Below are positions 38,029-49,288 of a stretch of DNA of 64,000 nt, piece after piece (position 1 is the stretch's first letter; each line of letters opens with the position of its first letter). The stretch comes from Cycas panzhihuaensis (taxonomy: Eukaryota > Plantae > Cycadophyta). The stretch is from positions 90,837,741 to 90,901,740 of the forward strand of contig CM041465.1 of assembly GCA_023213395.1 (NCBI GenBank), read 5' to 3'. A model generated the notes under the pieces. That model worked only from the letters and a program-made list of their open reading frames with translations, ran no database searches and had not been told where the DNA came from. A program made the position numbers and the translations under genes.

Positions 38029-40713
38029 TGTTGGGTAATGTTAACCCATGTGAATATTAATTTCATGTAATTACCCTTTTGACGGGCACTATGGGATCAT
38101 AGTGTGCACACTTCTTCATGTAATAAGTCATTGGTTGATCAAGTGGCTCCTAGATTGTGATTGGATAGCTAGGTGGTGATACGTACTAGAAATATATATT
38201 GGTTTGGCATAATGCAATTGGAACTGATTATCTCCCACAAGTATATTGTGTTGTGTGTTTGTACATATTATTATTTTATTTGTTCTCCTGCATGTCTTTA
38301 ATATTTCATAGTTTTGTATGATCCTGGACTTGTTATTGGGCCTTTATTTTTAACAAGTGGTATTAGAACTAGGGTTTTAGTTCTGTGAGATCCAGGTCTA
38401 TTAAAGCAAGGTGTTTAACAAGTGGTATCAGAATCTTGGTTCAAGTTTGTTTTGACCCCAATTAGGCTGTAAGACTATGAGTGTGTTCACTTGTCAAGGG
38501 TTTATTTTAAACTTGTTTGTGACCAGTGAGGGGGTAGTCTGTCTATTTGTTAGAGGGCGTTCTGTTGCAGGTTGTGGATGGTTTCAAACCATAATTTTGC
38601 AGGGCATCTAGAGCATGTTGGTGCCTATGTGTGAAAATCTAGTTGGAGCATAGGTGTTGTGGTTATCTCGAATTCCACAAAGGTTTGTTGCATGTTTAAT
38701 TCATTTTTAGACTAGTTATTTGCATGTTTTGTTAGTATACATGTAGATGTTACACGTAAGTCCAAGAGCAGGACTTTAGATACATCCTTGATCACCCTGT
38801 GAAGCTGGTGATGTGGCAGGTGGGCCATAGTTTCCTTTGTCACATGATGAGCTGCTTGTGATTGATGAGAAGGGTTTTGCGGTCTGTGTTGGTGTAGCAG
38901 ACAGATTGGTTCATTTTGAGAATATTGGGATGCTGGGGCTATAAGATGCAGAGCTTGCTGATTGATTAGAACTTGTGCATGTGAAGATTATGCTGGCCAA
39001 CAATCATGTGTTCAACGAGGGTTTGTAGTTTCGTTGGGATTTGTTAAGTGCCACCCCATCAGTAAGTTGAGTCTTGATTGTTTGCCATTGCATGTGATTA
39101 TGTAGCATGTTTTTTGTATGGGAATCTCCATATTGCAGGAGGAGAACTTGCTGATATTGTTATTGATTGGTTGATGAGATCCCATGAGTGCATGTTGCAT
39201 GGAGGGTGTGATATGCTTTGATTACTGGCTTCAAATTAATTTCTTACTGTTTAGCAAATTATGAGAAGGATGTAGCGTCTATGTTGAAAAAATTGAACCC
39301 TGTTTATGACTGCAACGATGGTATTTTGGCATTGGGCAGGTTGGTTGCCTGTTTGAAGAAAATTGGTAGCTCGTTGAAATAATTTGGTGTTGTTGGGCAT
39401 CAATATTGTGTGTATCTCTATTTGTTGGTGTTGTACATTGTTGTTCAGTGAAGTTTCTGGTGTTGGGCACTTAATTTGTGAGTTGGCCAACTTTGCCAGA
39501 TTTTTGGGTAGATTTGTGAGTGTTTGGGTCCATATCAGTGATCATATCTCTTTGTTGGGCATGTATTTTGCAAATTTGGCATTGTATTTTGCAAATTTGA
39601 CATTGTTGTTGGATCCACGGTATCTGAAAATGTTAGTTTTGGTTTTTACAGATCAAAAATCCATTAAAAAATGGTCCATGGGCATCAAATTTACCTTTGC
39701 GACTTGTATGCAGCCCGTGGAGTGAAACAACAAACTATTTTTAAAATTTTTTGATATTCTTGTTGGAGTCAAAAGTGATCCAGTGGCTGTGTGAGGACCA
39801 GAGGTAGGTCAGATAACCCGAGTTGTGCAGTGCGGATCAGACGGAGGTACGCACGAGGCAAAACGGCAGAAAAACAAGCATTCTGGGTACGTATGACAGG
39901 TGCGTACTTGGAACGGGCACGTATGACGTAAACGCATCAACAAGTGAACAGTAATCAAGCAACAAGCAGACGCATGACTCCAGGGGACCAGTGAAGACCT
40001 GTTGAGGTGCTGCACGACGCATTTTAGACGTACGGACCCAAAGGATTAATTAATTAAGGCTAAACAAAGTGATTAAGTGAAGAGGTACACATGACTGAAG
40101 AAGGGTACTTATGACAGTCATAACCCTTCACCAAAAGGTACCAAAGATGAGTACTTAAGGAATGCGCATGATTCACGGTTAGGGTGAGAGCCGGGATATC
40201 ACGGCACGCAAGGTGCGAAGCGATCGCATGACGGTACGATTGGAGCATCACCGTATGATAAGCACCATCCGGTACGCATTGTAAGAAAGGCGTATCTGTC
40301 TTTGGAATGCTCAGGAATGCATTCCAACCTCTATGTAAATGAATTGCTGACTTAATAAAAGGAAGAGTTATGTGGAAATTGGTGTATGCTTGGTGTTGTG
40401 ATGATGATTTGCTGAGTATGTATTGATTTCTGCATCACTGTACCATTCTGTGAATTATATATGGAATGTATGTGAATGACCATGTTGACAGTATCCTGAA
40501 ACTAGACTATAGCACTGTGTAACCTTGACAAGTGCAGTGATTCCACAAGGGCGTGGAATCTCCAAGTCAACATTGGTTCCGTTGCCTACGTCCGTTGAGG
40601 AGGGACAGGGCCTAGGGGTTTGAAAGGAAAAGAATGTGTAAAGGGCAGAGGACCCTGGCTGCCGTCGTGATGGCGGGCTATAACTAAGCCACCGGCAGCC
40701 AGGGGACCTTCCA

Positions 40714-43260
40714 ATGCCACCTAAGAGGCCTTCAAGGTCGGAAGAGCCACAGAAGGATACTTCACCCAAGGAAAAGGAAACCAACAGACAAAGGGCGCTA
40801 AGATGGTCAAAAGAAGCAAAACTCAGAAGGGCGAGGAGGTTAAGTTCGCAAAACAACGAGACTAAGGGACAGTCCGTTGAAGGATCTGAGGCAAGTGGAG
40901 CCCAGACACCTTAGGAAGAGGAAACCCATGGCGAACGCATGGTATTGACACCACCTATCGAGATGATTTGTTTAGCCCGGAGATTGAAGGGAAGCCAAAA
41001 GTGGATAAAAAACATGAAGAGATCCTAACAGAGGGAAGTATACCAGTGGAGGACAGCCCGAAGGACCTAGGTGACAGCGATAAGAAGGCGGAGCAAGGTC
41101 CCTCGGCATATTGGGAAAACAAGCTAACGAGACAGCTTTTTGAAGATTCGACAGAAAGGGGATCTGATCAATCTTACATTACGGTAACACCATTGACTAT
41201 ACAAGTTCCAGGTGTAGTGGAACCTATACACATAAAAACTCCATTCAAAAATCCGCTATTTGGGAAAGATAGTACAGCGGTAGTTACTCCCAGTGTATCC
41301 CCAAAGGACGGAGGAGGGGAAAGATCACCATTAGGTGGGGGACAGTTGCAATCTCCCAAAATGGACGATTACAGAGACTTTGGGAAACTAATTTTTAATG
41401 ATACTTCAGACGCAGCAGAGCATGTGTATCTATTTCAGAACCTCATTGATGTCAAAAAGATTATAGACGAAGATGAAATCAAAGCACGCTTCGCCTGTAC
41501 ATTGAGAGGAGTACCCTTGGCATGGTACAAGGAAACAAACAAGAATGAGCCATGGGTGAAGATTAAGAAAGCGTTTGAAGAGAGATTTCAAAAGTTTCGC
41601 AGTAATGAAGCCGTGGAAATCGCACTGCGAGAGATCAGGCAGAGGCCGGGGGAATCTGTCCTAACTTACATTAGCCGAATGAAAATTATAGCAACGAGCA
41701 TGATCAATGAGACGATAGCGGATCATAATATGAAGAATTACTTCGTAAGAGGGCTGAATGAGAAGTTGTGAGCTATGATGCATGCTCATCCATTAAAGTC
41801 ATTCAAGAATGCTCAGGATCTGGCATTAGATTTTGAGATGGAAATGGATGCCCAAGTAGGAGGACAAGATTCCTTGCTGTTAAGATTATAAGATGAGATT
41901 AGAGAGCTGAAACAAAACCAATACAACCGACCCTTCTACTAGGTAGGGGTAGCAGAAGAGGAATCGGAATTGGAGGCACTAAGAAAAGAGGTAGCAAGAT
42001 TGAAAATCAGAAATAACCGGGAAGAAGAAGAGATGCCCAAGAAGAAAGAGCACACTGGAAGGGTAACCAAGTGGTGCCACATCTGTGAGGAAAACTCACA
42101 TACCACCCGGGAATGTGATTTGAATTTAAAAAACAGTGCGACGCACCAACAGGAGAAGTGGTGCCACATATGTGAGGTTGACACACATACAACCAAGGAT
42201 TGTTTCTACAATCCCAGGGGGAAAGCATTCAGAGGTCGAGGTCGGGGAAGAGGCAACCCACCTCGAAATGTGTATACAACGAGGGGCGCACCAGAACCCT
42301 CGAGGAAGAAACAACCGATGGGGAGATGCCTCATCTGTCTACAGTTCGGGCACTGGAAGTCCGAATGCCCAATGAAGCAAGAATACGAACAGAAGCCGTT
42401 CGTATGCAGTAACTGTGGCCCAAGCGACCACAAAACAGAGGATTGTAAGGGTAAAGCCAAAGCGACTAACCTGATGACAATCGTGCCAGAAACCAAGAAT
42501 GTGAAATTACAGAACAAACAGAAAGAGAAATTGGATGAAGGATATCCAAATCCACCAACAGAAATGGATCGAAACAAGTGTTAGATGGTTTAGTCCGGGA
42601 GGAGAATATACTACCAATGGGTAAACCGGAAACAAAATATGTTTATGTTCGGAAAAATAAACAAAAAGAGCAAGAAAAACTACCGGAAGAACTTACGACA
42701 AAACCCCAAATGGTGCAAATGGAAGAGTTGTTTAAAGGATTACCGGTAAGATATTCCCGAATGTTGCTATTGATGGAAAATCTAGTGAAAGCGATTCTGA
42801 TTAACTATTCCTGTCTCAAGTTATTGATTGGATCAAAGGAGGAGTGTTACAAAAAGGAATTACCAAGAGTTTGAAACAAATTATACCATCGTTCGACATG
42901 GATCCAATGGTAACCATGTCAGTCTTGGGAGAAACATTCCCACGAGTAATTGTGGATGGAGGCGCAGCAATAAATGTGTTACCAGCTGCAACATGGCGTA
43001 AATTGGGAAGCCCAAAGTTGGAAGCAGTGACTTATTCGCTGAAGTTGGCTAATGAACTATTGGTACGACCCATGGGTAGATTGGCCAATATCAAAGTAGA
43101 CGTGGCAGAGATAGTGGTAAGAATTGACTTCACAATTGTGGAAACGGAGAAAGGAGCCACACCCTACCCTAAGACTACTAGGAAGGCCACAGCTATACAA
43201 AACACAATGCCTTGAATTGGGAAAAGGTAACCTTCACTCTATCGGACAACAACAACAAAG
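40714..43260 (+). pseudogene. Element C gag (capsid domain, four CCHC knuckles) and aspartic protease
   Basis: FACTLRGVPLAWY...W..IKKAFEERF and IRQRPGESV; knuckles CHICEENSHTTREC, CHICEVDTHTTKDC, CLICLQFGHWKSEC, CSNCGPSDHKTEDC; protease VIVDGGAAINVLP. Confidence 0.92.
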
Positions 43261-43943
43261 TGGTACTACCAATCTTTGGGAAGAAGTTCGATTGAAGTAA
43301 TTCCGGATGAAGGATCCAAAGACTACGGTAACAAGCGACCGACATTTTCTTCCATTGGGGAAGAACATATCTTCCACATGGCGTAGGACCCACCACACCA
43401 AATAACCACCAAAGATGAAGAACCAGCGGATCTCAAGAAATATACAACTCTTGGATGACGAACACGGTATGAGGTTCGTGGATTCGGCTTCGGGATGCAT
43501 ATGAAGTAAACTCCTCTTCTCACGGATGTAATTTGTTATCTAAATGTGTATCTGTAAACATTGATAATAATTTAAATTCTTTTGAATATATCTCGACTAA
43601 CGATCATTTGGAAATTGGTAACAACCTAGACCAACCAACCCTTAGCTTACCTAGTAATTTTCGTAGTTTTTCTAGTTAGTAGTAACCACGATATCCCATC
43701 TACTTCAGTGGGTCCCGAGGTAGATTCCCTACCCCCTTATTACAACCTGAGAAAGGAAGTAATATCCCTTCCTCTTCTTCCTTAGAGGTACACCCACCCA
43801 GCCATAAATCTCTTCCAACCATTGGCGCCAAAACTGGGGAAATAGAAGGAGGATTGCTGGTAAGTACTTCTAGCGAGTCTGGTCTAGGGAGTAAAATCAT
43901 TATTCCGGAAAAAACAAACTATCAAATCTATATTGGGGATTAT

Positions 43944-44381
43944 GTTAAACCATTCTATGGGGAACAGTTATATGGGACTACCCATTTAACACACTGCGTT
44001 GAGTATTGGATAGATTAGGGAAATTGGGATAAAACCCAATGGCTGCAAGACTTAATCCTAACCCTACGAGGGAAAGCTTGGTACTGGTACTTAGCTCACC
44101 AACATACTCTTAGGAATTGGCAAGATTTGCAAACGATGTTTCGAATACGATTCGATCATCCAAACCAACTAACTATTCCAATATTCTACGTAGGTTATAA
44201 CCCTAGAAAACACATACAGGTGTGTAAACAAAAATGGAAATCCTTGAGTATACCTAAGCAGAATTGGTCTAACTACTTCTACCACACCTTGGGGAAAGTA
44301 GCAAAAGACTGGTTCCTGGGAAGGGAGTAAAACCTAGATATAACTTGGGGAAACCTAAGGGAATCTTTTATAAAAACCTTT
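43944..44381 (+). pseudogene. Two tandem capsid (retrotransposon Gag)-like domains between protease and RT of element C
   Basis: Single frame: VKPFYG...HC..YW...DKTQWLQDLILTLRGKAWYWY...WQDLQTMFRIRF (43944-44153) and IPIFYVG..PRKHIQVC...W...W..YFYHTLGKVAKDWF...TWGNLRESFIKTF (44175-44381). Confidence 0.8.
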
Positions 44382-44598
44382 AGGCATACTTCGGAAAACC
44401 AAGAAATAAACAAAATCAGAAACACATCGAATAATGAGCATCAAACTAGAACAAAGATTTAATGGATCGGAAACAAAGAGAATCCATACATAGTGAAGAA
44501 GAAGAAATTGTGAATTATCCTGCGAGTTTACGTAATTCACCGTTGGAGAAAGAAAAGTAGAAGATGCCCCAGGGCACAAAACCGAAAATGTAGAAGAT

Positions 44599-47397
44599 GT
44601 GGGTATAACGAAGTTGAAAACAACAGAAATTAATGTTGGTAGTTCAGAAAATCTTAAGTTTATTCGAATTGGAAACTATTGGGATTCCCAAACGGTAGCA
44701 GAAGCTCAACAATTATTTGAAGAATTCCGTGATGTGTTCACGTGGTCGTATAAAGACCTGAAAGGTATTCCTCCGGAGATAGGAATGCATCATATTGACC
44801 TAGTAGAGGACGCTAAACCGGTAAAACAACGACCATACCGGATGAATCCAAAATACAAAGAAAAAGTAAAAGCAGAACTTGATAAAATGTTGGAAGCAGG
44901 GTATATATACGAAATCGACTACAGTGACTGGGTGAGCCCTGTAGTAGTGGTTCCCAAGAAAAATGGGAAAATTAGGTATGCATGTGGATTACAGACAAAT
45001 TGAATAAAGTGACGAAAAAAGATCCATTTCCGTTACCTTTCACGGAAGATATTTTGGAAGCAGTTGGAGGAAATGAAATCTATTTATTCACAGACGGATT
45101 TAGTGGATACAATCAAGTGCAGATTGCCTCGGAAGATCAGGCAAAGACAACATTCGTAACAGAATAGGGTACGTATGCCTATAAGGTAATGCCATTCGGT
45201 CTTACGAATGCACCAAATGACATTTCGGTAATTGTGATTAATATTTTTCGTAAATTTATTGGAGAAAAAGTTGCTGTATTCTTAGACGATTGGACATTGT
45301 ATGGGTTAATGAAAAATCATATGGAAAACTTGAGAGAAATGTTGCAAACCTGTCGGGAAAATAAACTCTCTCAATTCAGAAAAGTGTACATTTCTGGTAC
45401 CCTTTGGAAACCTCTTGGGGCATATAGTCAGCAAAGAAGGATTGCTGACGGATCCAGCAAAAGTGTCTGCCATTTTACACTTTTCGACACCGAGTACGAG
45501 GAAGCAGCTGAAAGGTTTTTTGGGTTTGACAGGATATTATAGAAAATTCATCAGAGGATATGCATATATATCTGGACCTCTGGAAGAGTTGCTCAAAAAG
45601 AATATTGAATGGATATGGACAGACGATCAACAACGAGCATTCGAAACACTAAAACAGGCCATTGTAGCAGCGCCTATACTGCGATTCCCAAATTGGAAGA
45701 AAACTTTTCACGTACATGTGGATGCGTCACAATACGCTATTAGATGCGTATTGGCACAACCCAGTGATGATAAAACGGATCATCCAATTTATTTTGCCAG
45801 TCGGAAACTTACGAGAGCTGAGCAGAATTATACGACGACGGAAAGGGAAGCACTCGGCATGGTTTATGCATTACAAAAGCTTCGACATTATCTGTTATCC
45901 AATCCATTCCTGTTTTTCGTCGACCACCAAGCCTTGATGTATCTAGTAAATAAACCCATTATGCGAGGAAGCATCAGCAGATGGCTAATGTTGTTTCAAG
46001 AATTCTCATTCAAAATCATTGTGAAACCTGGCAAAGCACACATCATTCCAGATCAACTATCGAGAATCAAAAACGGAGAAAGCCACGGGGATACGGATGA
46101 TTTTCCAGACGCACTCTATTCAAAGATAGATGCAGTTCTAGCAGACTGGTATGAGGGAATACCAGAGTACCTAGCGACCGGTGAAGTGCCAGCAGAGTTA
46201 GATCGTACGGGGAAAAGAAATTTCATCAGAAAAGCGGAGCCGTATCAGCTTATCAGCGGTGAGTTGTACAAATTGGGGCCGGATGACATATTGCGATGTT
46301 GTGTTCGACAACATGAGACAAACCAGATCATGTCTCAGGCACATGAAGGAGTAGCAGGTGGCCACATGGAAAAATTGGCCACATGGCGAAAAATCTTGAC
46401 GTCGTGATTCTGGTGGCCATCAATGTTCAAATATGTCAAAAAATGGATTCAAGCATGCGATTATTGCCAACGCGTGGGGAAACCTAATCGATAGGATTTC
46501 CACCCGTTGCATCCCATACTACCTTTGGCACCGTTCGAAAGATGGGGACTCGACTTTGTGGGGCCAATCAAACCAGCAGCGCGGAGATCGAAAGCTCGAT
46601 ACATTCTGGTGGCAACCGATTATACGACAAAATGGGTGGAAGCACGCGCATTGAGAAAAGCCGATGCAGAAAGCACAGCAAGATTTCTGTATGAGGTGAT
46701 AATCACGCGATTTGGATGCCCTTTGGAGATCGTCAGTGACCAAGGTGCCCACTTCCTCAACCAAACGATTGAAACATTGACAACTGCCTTCATGATTAGC
46801 CATCGGAAATCAACTCCTTACTATCCAAGAGCCAATGGTCAAGCAGAGAGCTCAAACAAGATAATCGAAAACTGTTTGCGAAAGATATGCGACATCGGCA
46901 GATCGGATTGGGCCAAGAAGTTACCCTCCGTACTATGGGCCTTTCATACGACATACAAAAGATCAGTTGGACAGACCCCATTCCAGCTTGTATATGGCAC
47001 GGAAGCCATTCTTCCGACCGAGTTCGAGATACCCAGCTTACGAGTGGCAATACAATGTCGATTAGACGACCTCTAGTCCTTGGAACGACGACTGGAAGAT
47101 TTAATACGGTTGGAAGAGAAACGACACCTAGCAAACTGGTTGCAACATATAGAAAAGCGGCGACAAAAAGCATGGCATGATCGCCATCTGCGGAAACCAC
47201 AATTCAACGAAGGTGATCAAGTATTGCTGTACAACAACAAGTTCAAAATGCACCCCGGGAAACTCAAGATGCGATGGTTGGGACCATACATCGCGGAAAG
47301 AATTTTCGAGAATGGATCGGTGCAGCTTCGAGAAATCGACGGACCTCTGCTACTAACACGGGTAAATTGTAGCAGACTCAAGCCTTACATTGAGTAG
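44599..47397 (+). pseudogene. Element C pol: RT, RNase H, integrase
   Basis: KQRPYRMNP, DGFSGYNQV, MPFGLTNAP, VFLDD; VHVDASQY, NYTTTERE; WGLDFVGP, VSDQGAHF, PYYPRANGQAE, RWLGPY. A few stops and frameshifts. Confidence 0.96.
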
Positions 47398-47687
47398 CCC
47401 AGCTTACCAGCAGGATTAGTTGGTTGTACCATATCGTATTGCATGATGTTGAGGCAACCAACTGCCTTGATACCGAGCCATGATCCAGTTCGGTATGGAT
47501 ACAAAAATAGGAAAAAAAATTGGAAAAAATAAAAAAATAACCGTAACTCATTACTGATATAAGTAACAGCAGCATAATCTGAGAAAAATCAGAGGAAAAT
47601 TCATCGGCATACAAGCAAATTACGATTATGCGTGCGAAAAGGTATGTTACAGTGCACGCATTGGAACAGTGATAAAAGTGAAAAATG

Positions 47688-48170
47688 CACTATACGTACC
47701 AAAGGAATTCAATAAAGTACGCATAGTTTAAAAAGTGACAGTGCGCATAGTATAAATAACTTTAAGTGGCTCAATTACATTATACGTACCTGAAAAGTAC
47801 GCAGACAGGTACAGACAGTGCAAAGGAGCGTAAGTTAAGATTTTACATTATACGTACCAACGAAGTACGTAATTAGGTACGCACTATGTAAAGGATACTC
47901 AAGTGACTGGTTACATTATACGTACCAACGGAAGTACGCAATCGAGTACGTATAATGAAAATCTTTAACATTATACGTACCAAGGGCACGTATAAGACAA
48001 AATACGCAAAATGACAAATCATTACGTACCTGCGAACATTCCCATGTGGTACGCAGAGCGGAACGAACTACGGCACGCAAGGATTTGCTCGGGTACGCAT
48101 CACAGTGCGCAAAACAGAGAAACGGCAAGCGTTCTACAGAGGTACGTACGTGCGGTTCTACTGGTACGCT
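47688..48170 (+). repeat. Degenerate tandem array of CATTATACGTACC...AGTACG(C/T)A units
   Basis: Units begin near 47688, 47779, 47845, 47914, 47969 and 48020, with further GTACG cores to about 48170. Confidence 0.85.
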
Positions 48171-48204
48171 TTGGTTTCTTTCTTACCTCTGGAAATCCAC
48201 AGCC

Positions 48205-49288
48205 ATGATGAGGACAGCAGGGTGCCAAGAGGCCTACATTCCCAAACTCAAACAGGACCTCCAAGCTCTACCAGCTGCATTTCAGGCTAAGGTGAAGCAG
48301 GCAGGCTGGAAAGACTATATTTATTGTAACCCTATGTATTATGACCCGGAATTAATGGACCAAATCCTCATGGCCCTAAAAACAGATAGCAGGTCAAAAT
48401 GGACGCAGACATAGTCCATACCATCACTGGACTTCCCAAGGACGGAGAAGTTCCATTGGGAGCAAAAAGGTCGGAGGTAGACAGGGAAATGTGGCTGAGG
48501 GAATTATGCCAGCCTAACACCCAAATTATGTTCGGTGGAATCAGGGTAGCTGACATTATGGACGGCAGACTTCAGTGGGTGGCCAAAGTCATTAACTCCA
48601 GGTTTTTGTCAAAGAGGAAGTATACCTACATCCAGGGAGGCATGATGCAAGTCTTATTAAAAATCAGGGATGGAGAAAGAATGAATTGGTCGGAATTTTT
48701 GGCGGAGAAAATGAGACAACAATTGTAGGAAATCCGGACACATCCATTCCGCCATCCTTCATCGCTCGCAATGTTATTTTACCGGTGTCCTAAGTGCGAT
48801 TGACTGTAACTACTATCTCTCCTTGGGAACCAATCATTAAACAGTGGGTAGCAGAGTTCCCAGATACAACAACGAGTATGGAAGCCAAACGGCGAGTTCA
48901 AAAGCAAATGCAAAAGGTGCTTACTTGGTTACAAAAAACACCAGGAACACCTATTCCTCATCGGACGAAGCAAGCTGTTCATCGTCGCGGGAAGAGGAAG
49001 AAAGGGGAGGAGGAAACAGAAGAAGAAGAGGAGGAAGAAGCAGAAGCATCCTGGGAAGAGTGGGAAGACTTCCCAGCAGCAGCAGAGGTCGGAGAACCCT
49101 CAGCACCTCCTACACCGCAGGATAAAGCGGGACCTATCATTCAGATGATTCAGGACTTGGAGGCAGGGTATAAAGCAGAGATAGCGGCCCTTCAGGAGAA
49201 AATAAAGGAGAAGGATGCCATTATTGCCACCCTGACATAGATCAACGAGGAAATTTTGGGAGGACCGAGGCAGCAGGAGCCGCCTTAA
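48205..49288 (+). pseudogene. Element C extra 3' ORF, plant-mobile-domain-like, with basic, acidic and coiled-coil tail
   Basis: MDADIVHTITGLPKDG, GGIRVADI, RMNWSEFLAEKM, then RRGKRKK, a poly-E stretch and EIAALQEKIKEKDAIIATL. Confidence 0.68.

Noticed and set aside
43823-43839. TGGCGCCAAAACTGGGG resembles a tRNA-Lys-type PBS, suggesting the extra capsid domains belong to a nested element
   Set aside because: No LTR or TSD is visible and it lies in the continuous frame (IGAKTG). Kept only as a possible scar of capture.
47688-48170. Repeat-spacer look resembling a CRISPR array
   Set aside because: Eukaryotic retrotransposon context, degenerate repeats, irregular and mutually related spacers, and no cas genes.
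48205-49288. Envelope (env) gene interpretation of the 3' ORFs in C and B
   Set aside because: No signal peptide or clear transmembrane helix. The motifs and an NLS-like stretch fit a nuclear protein better.
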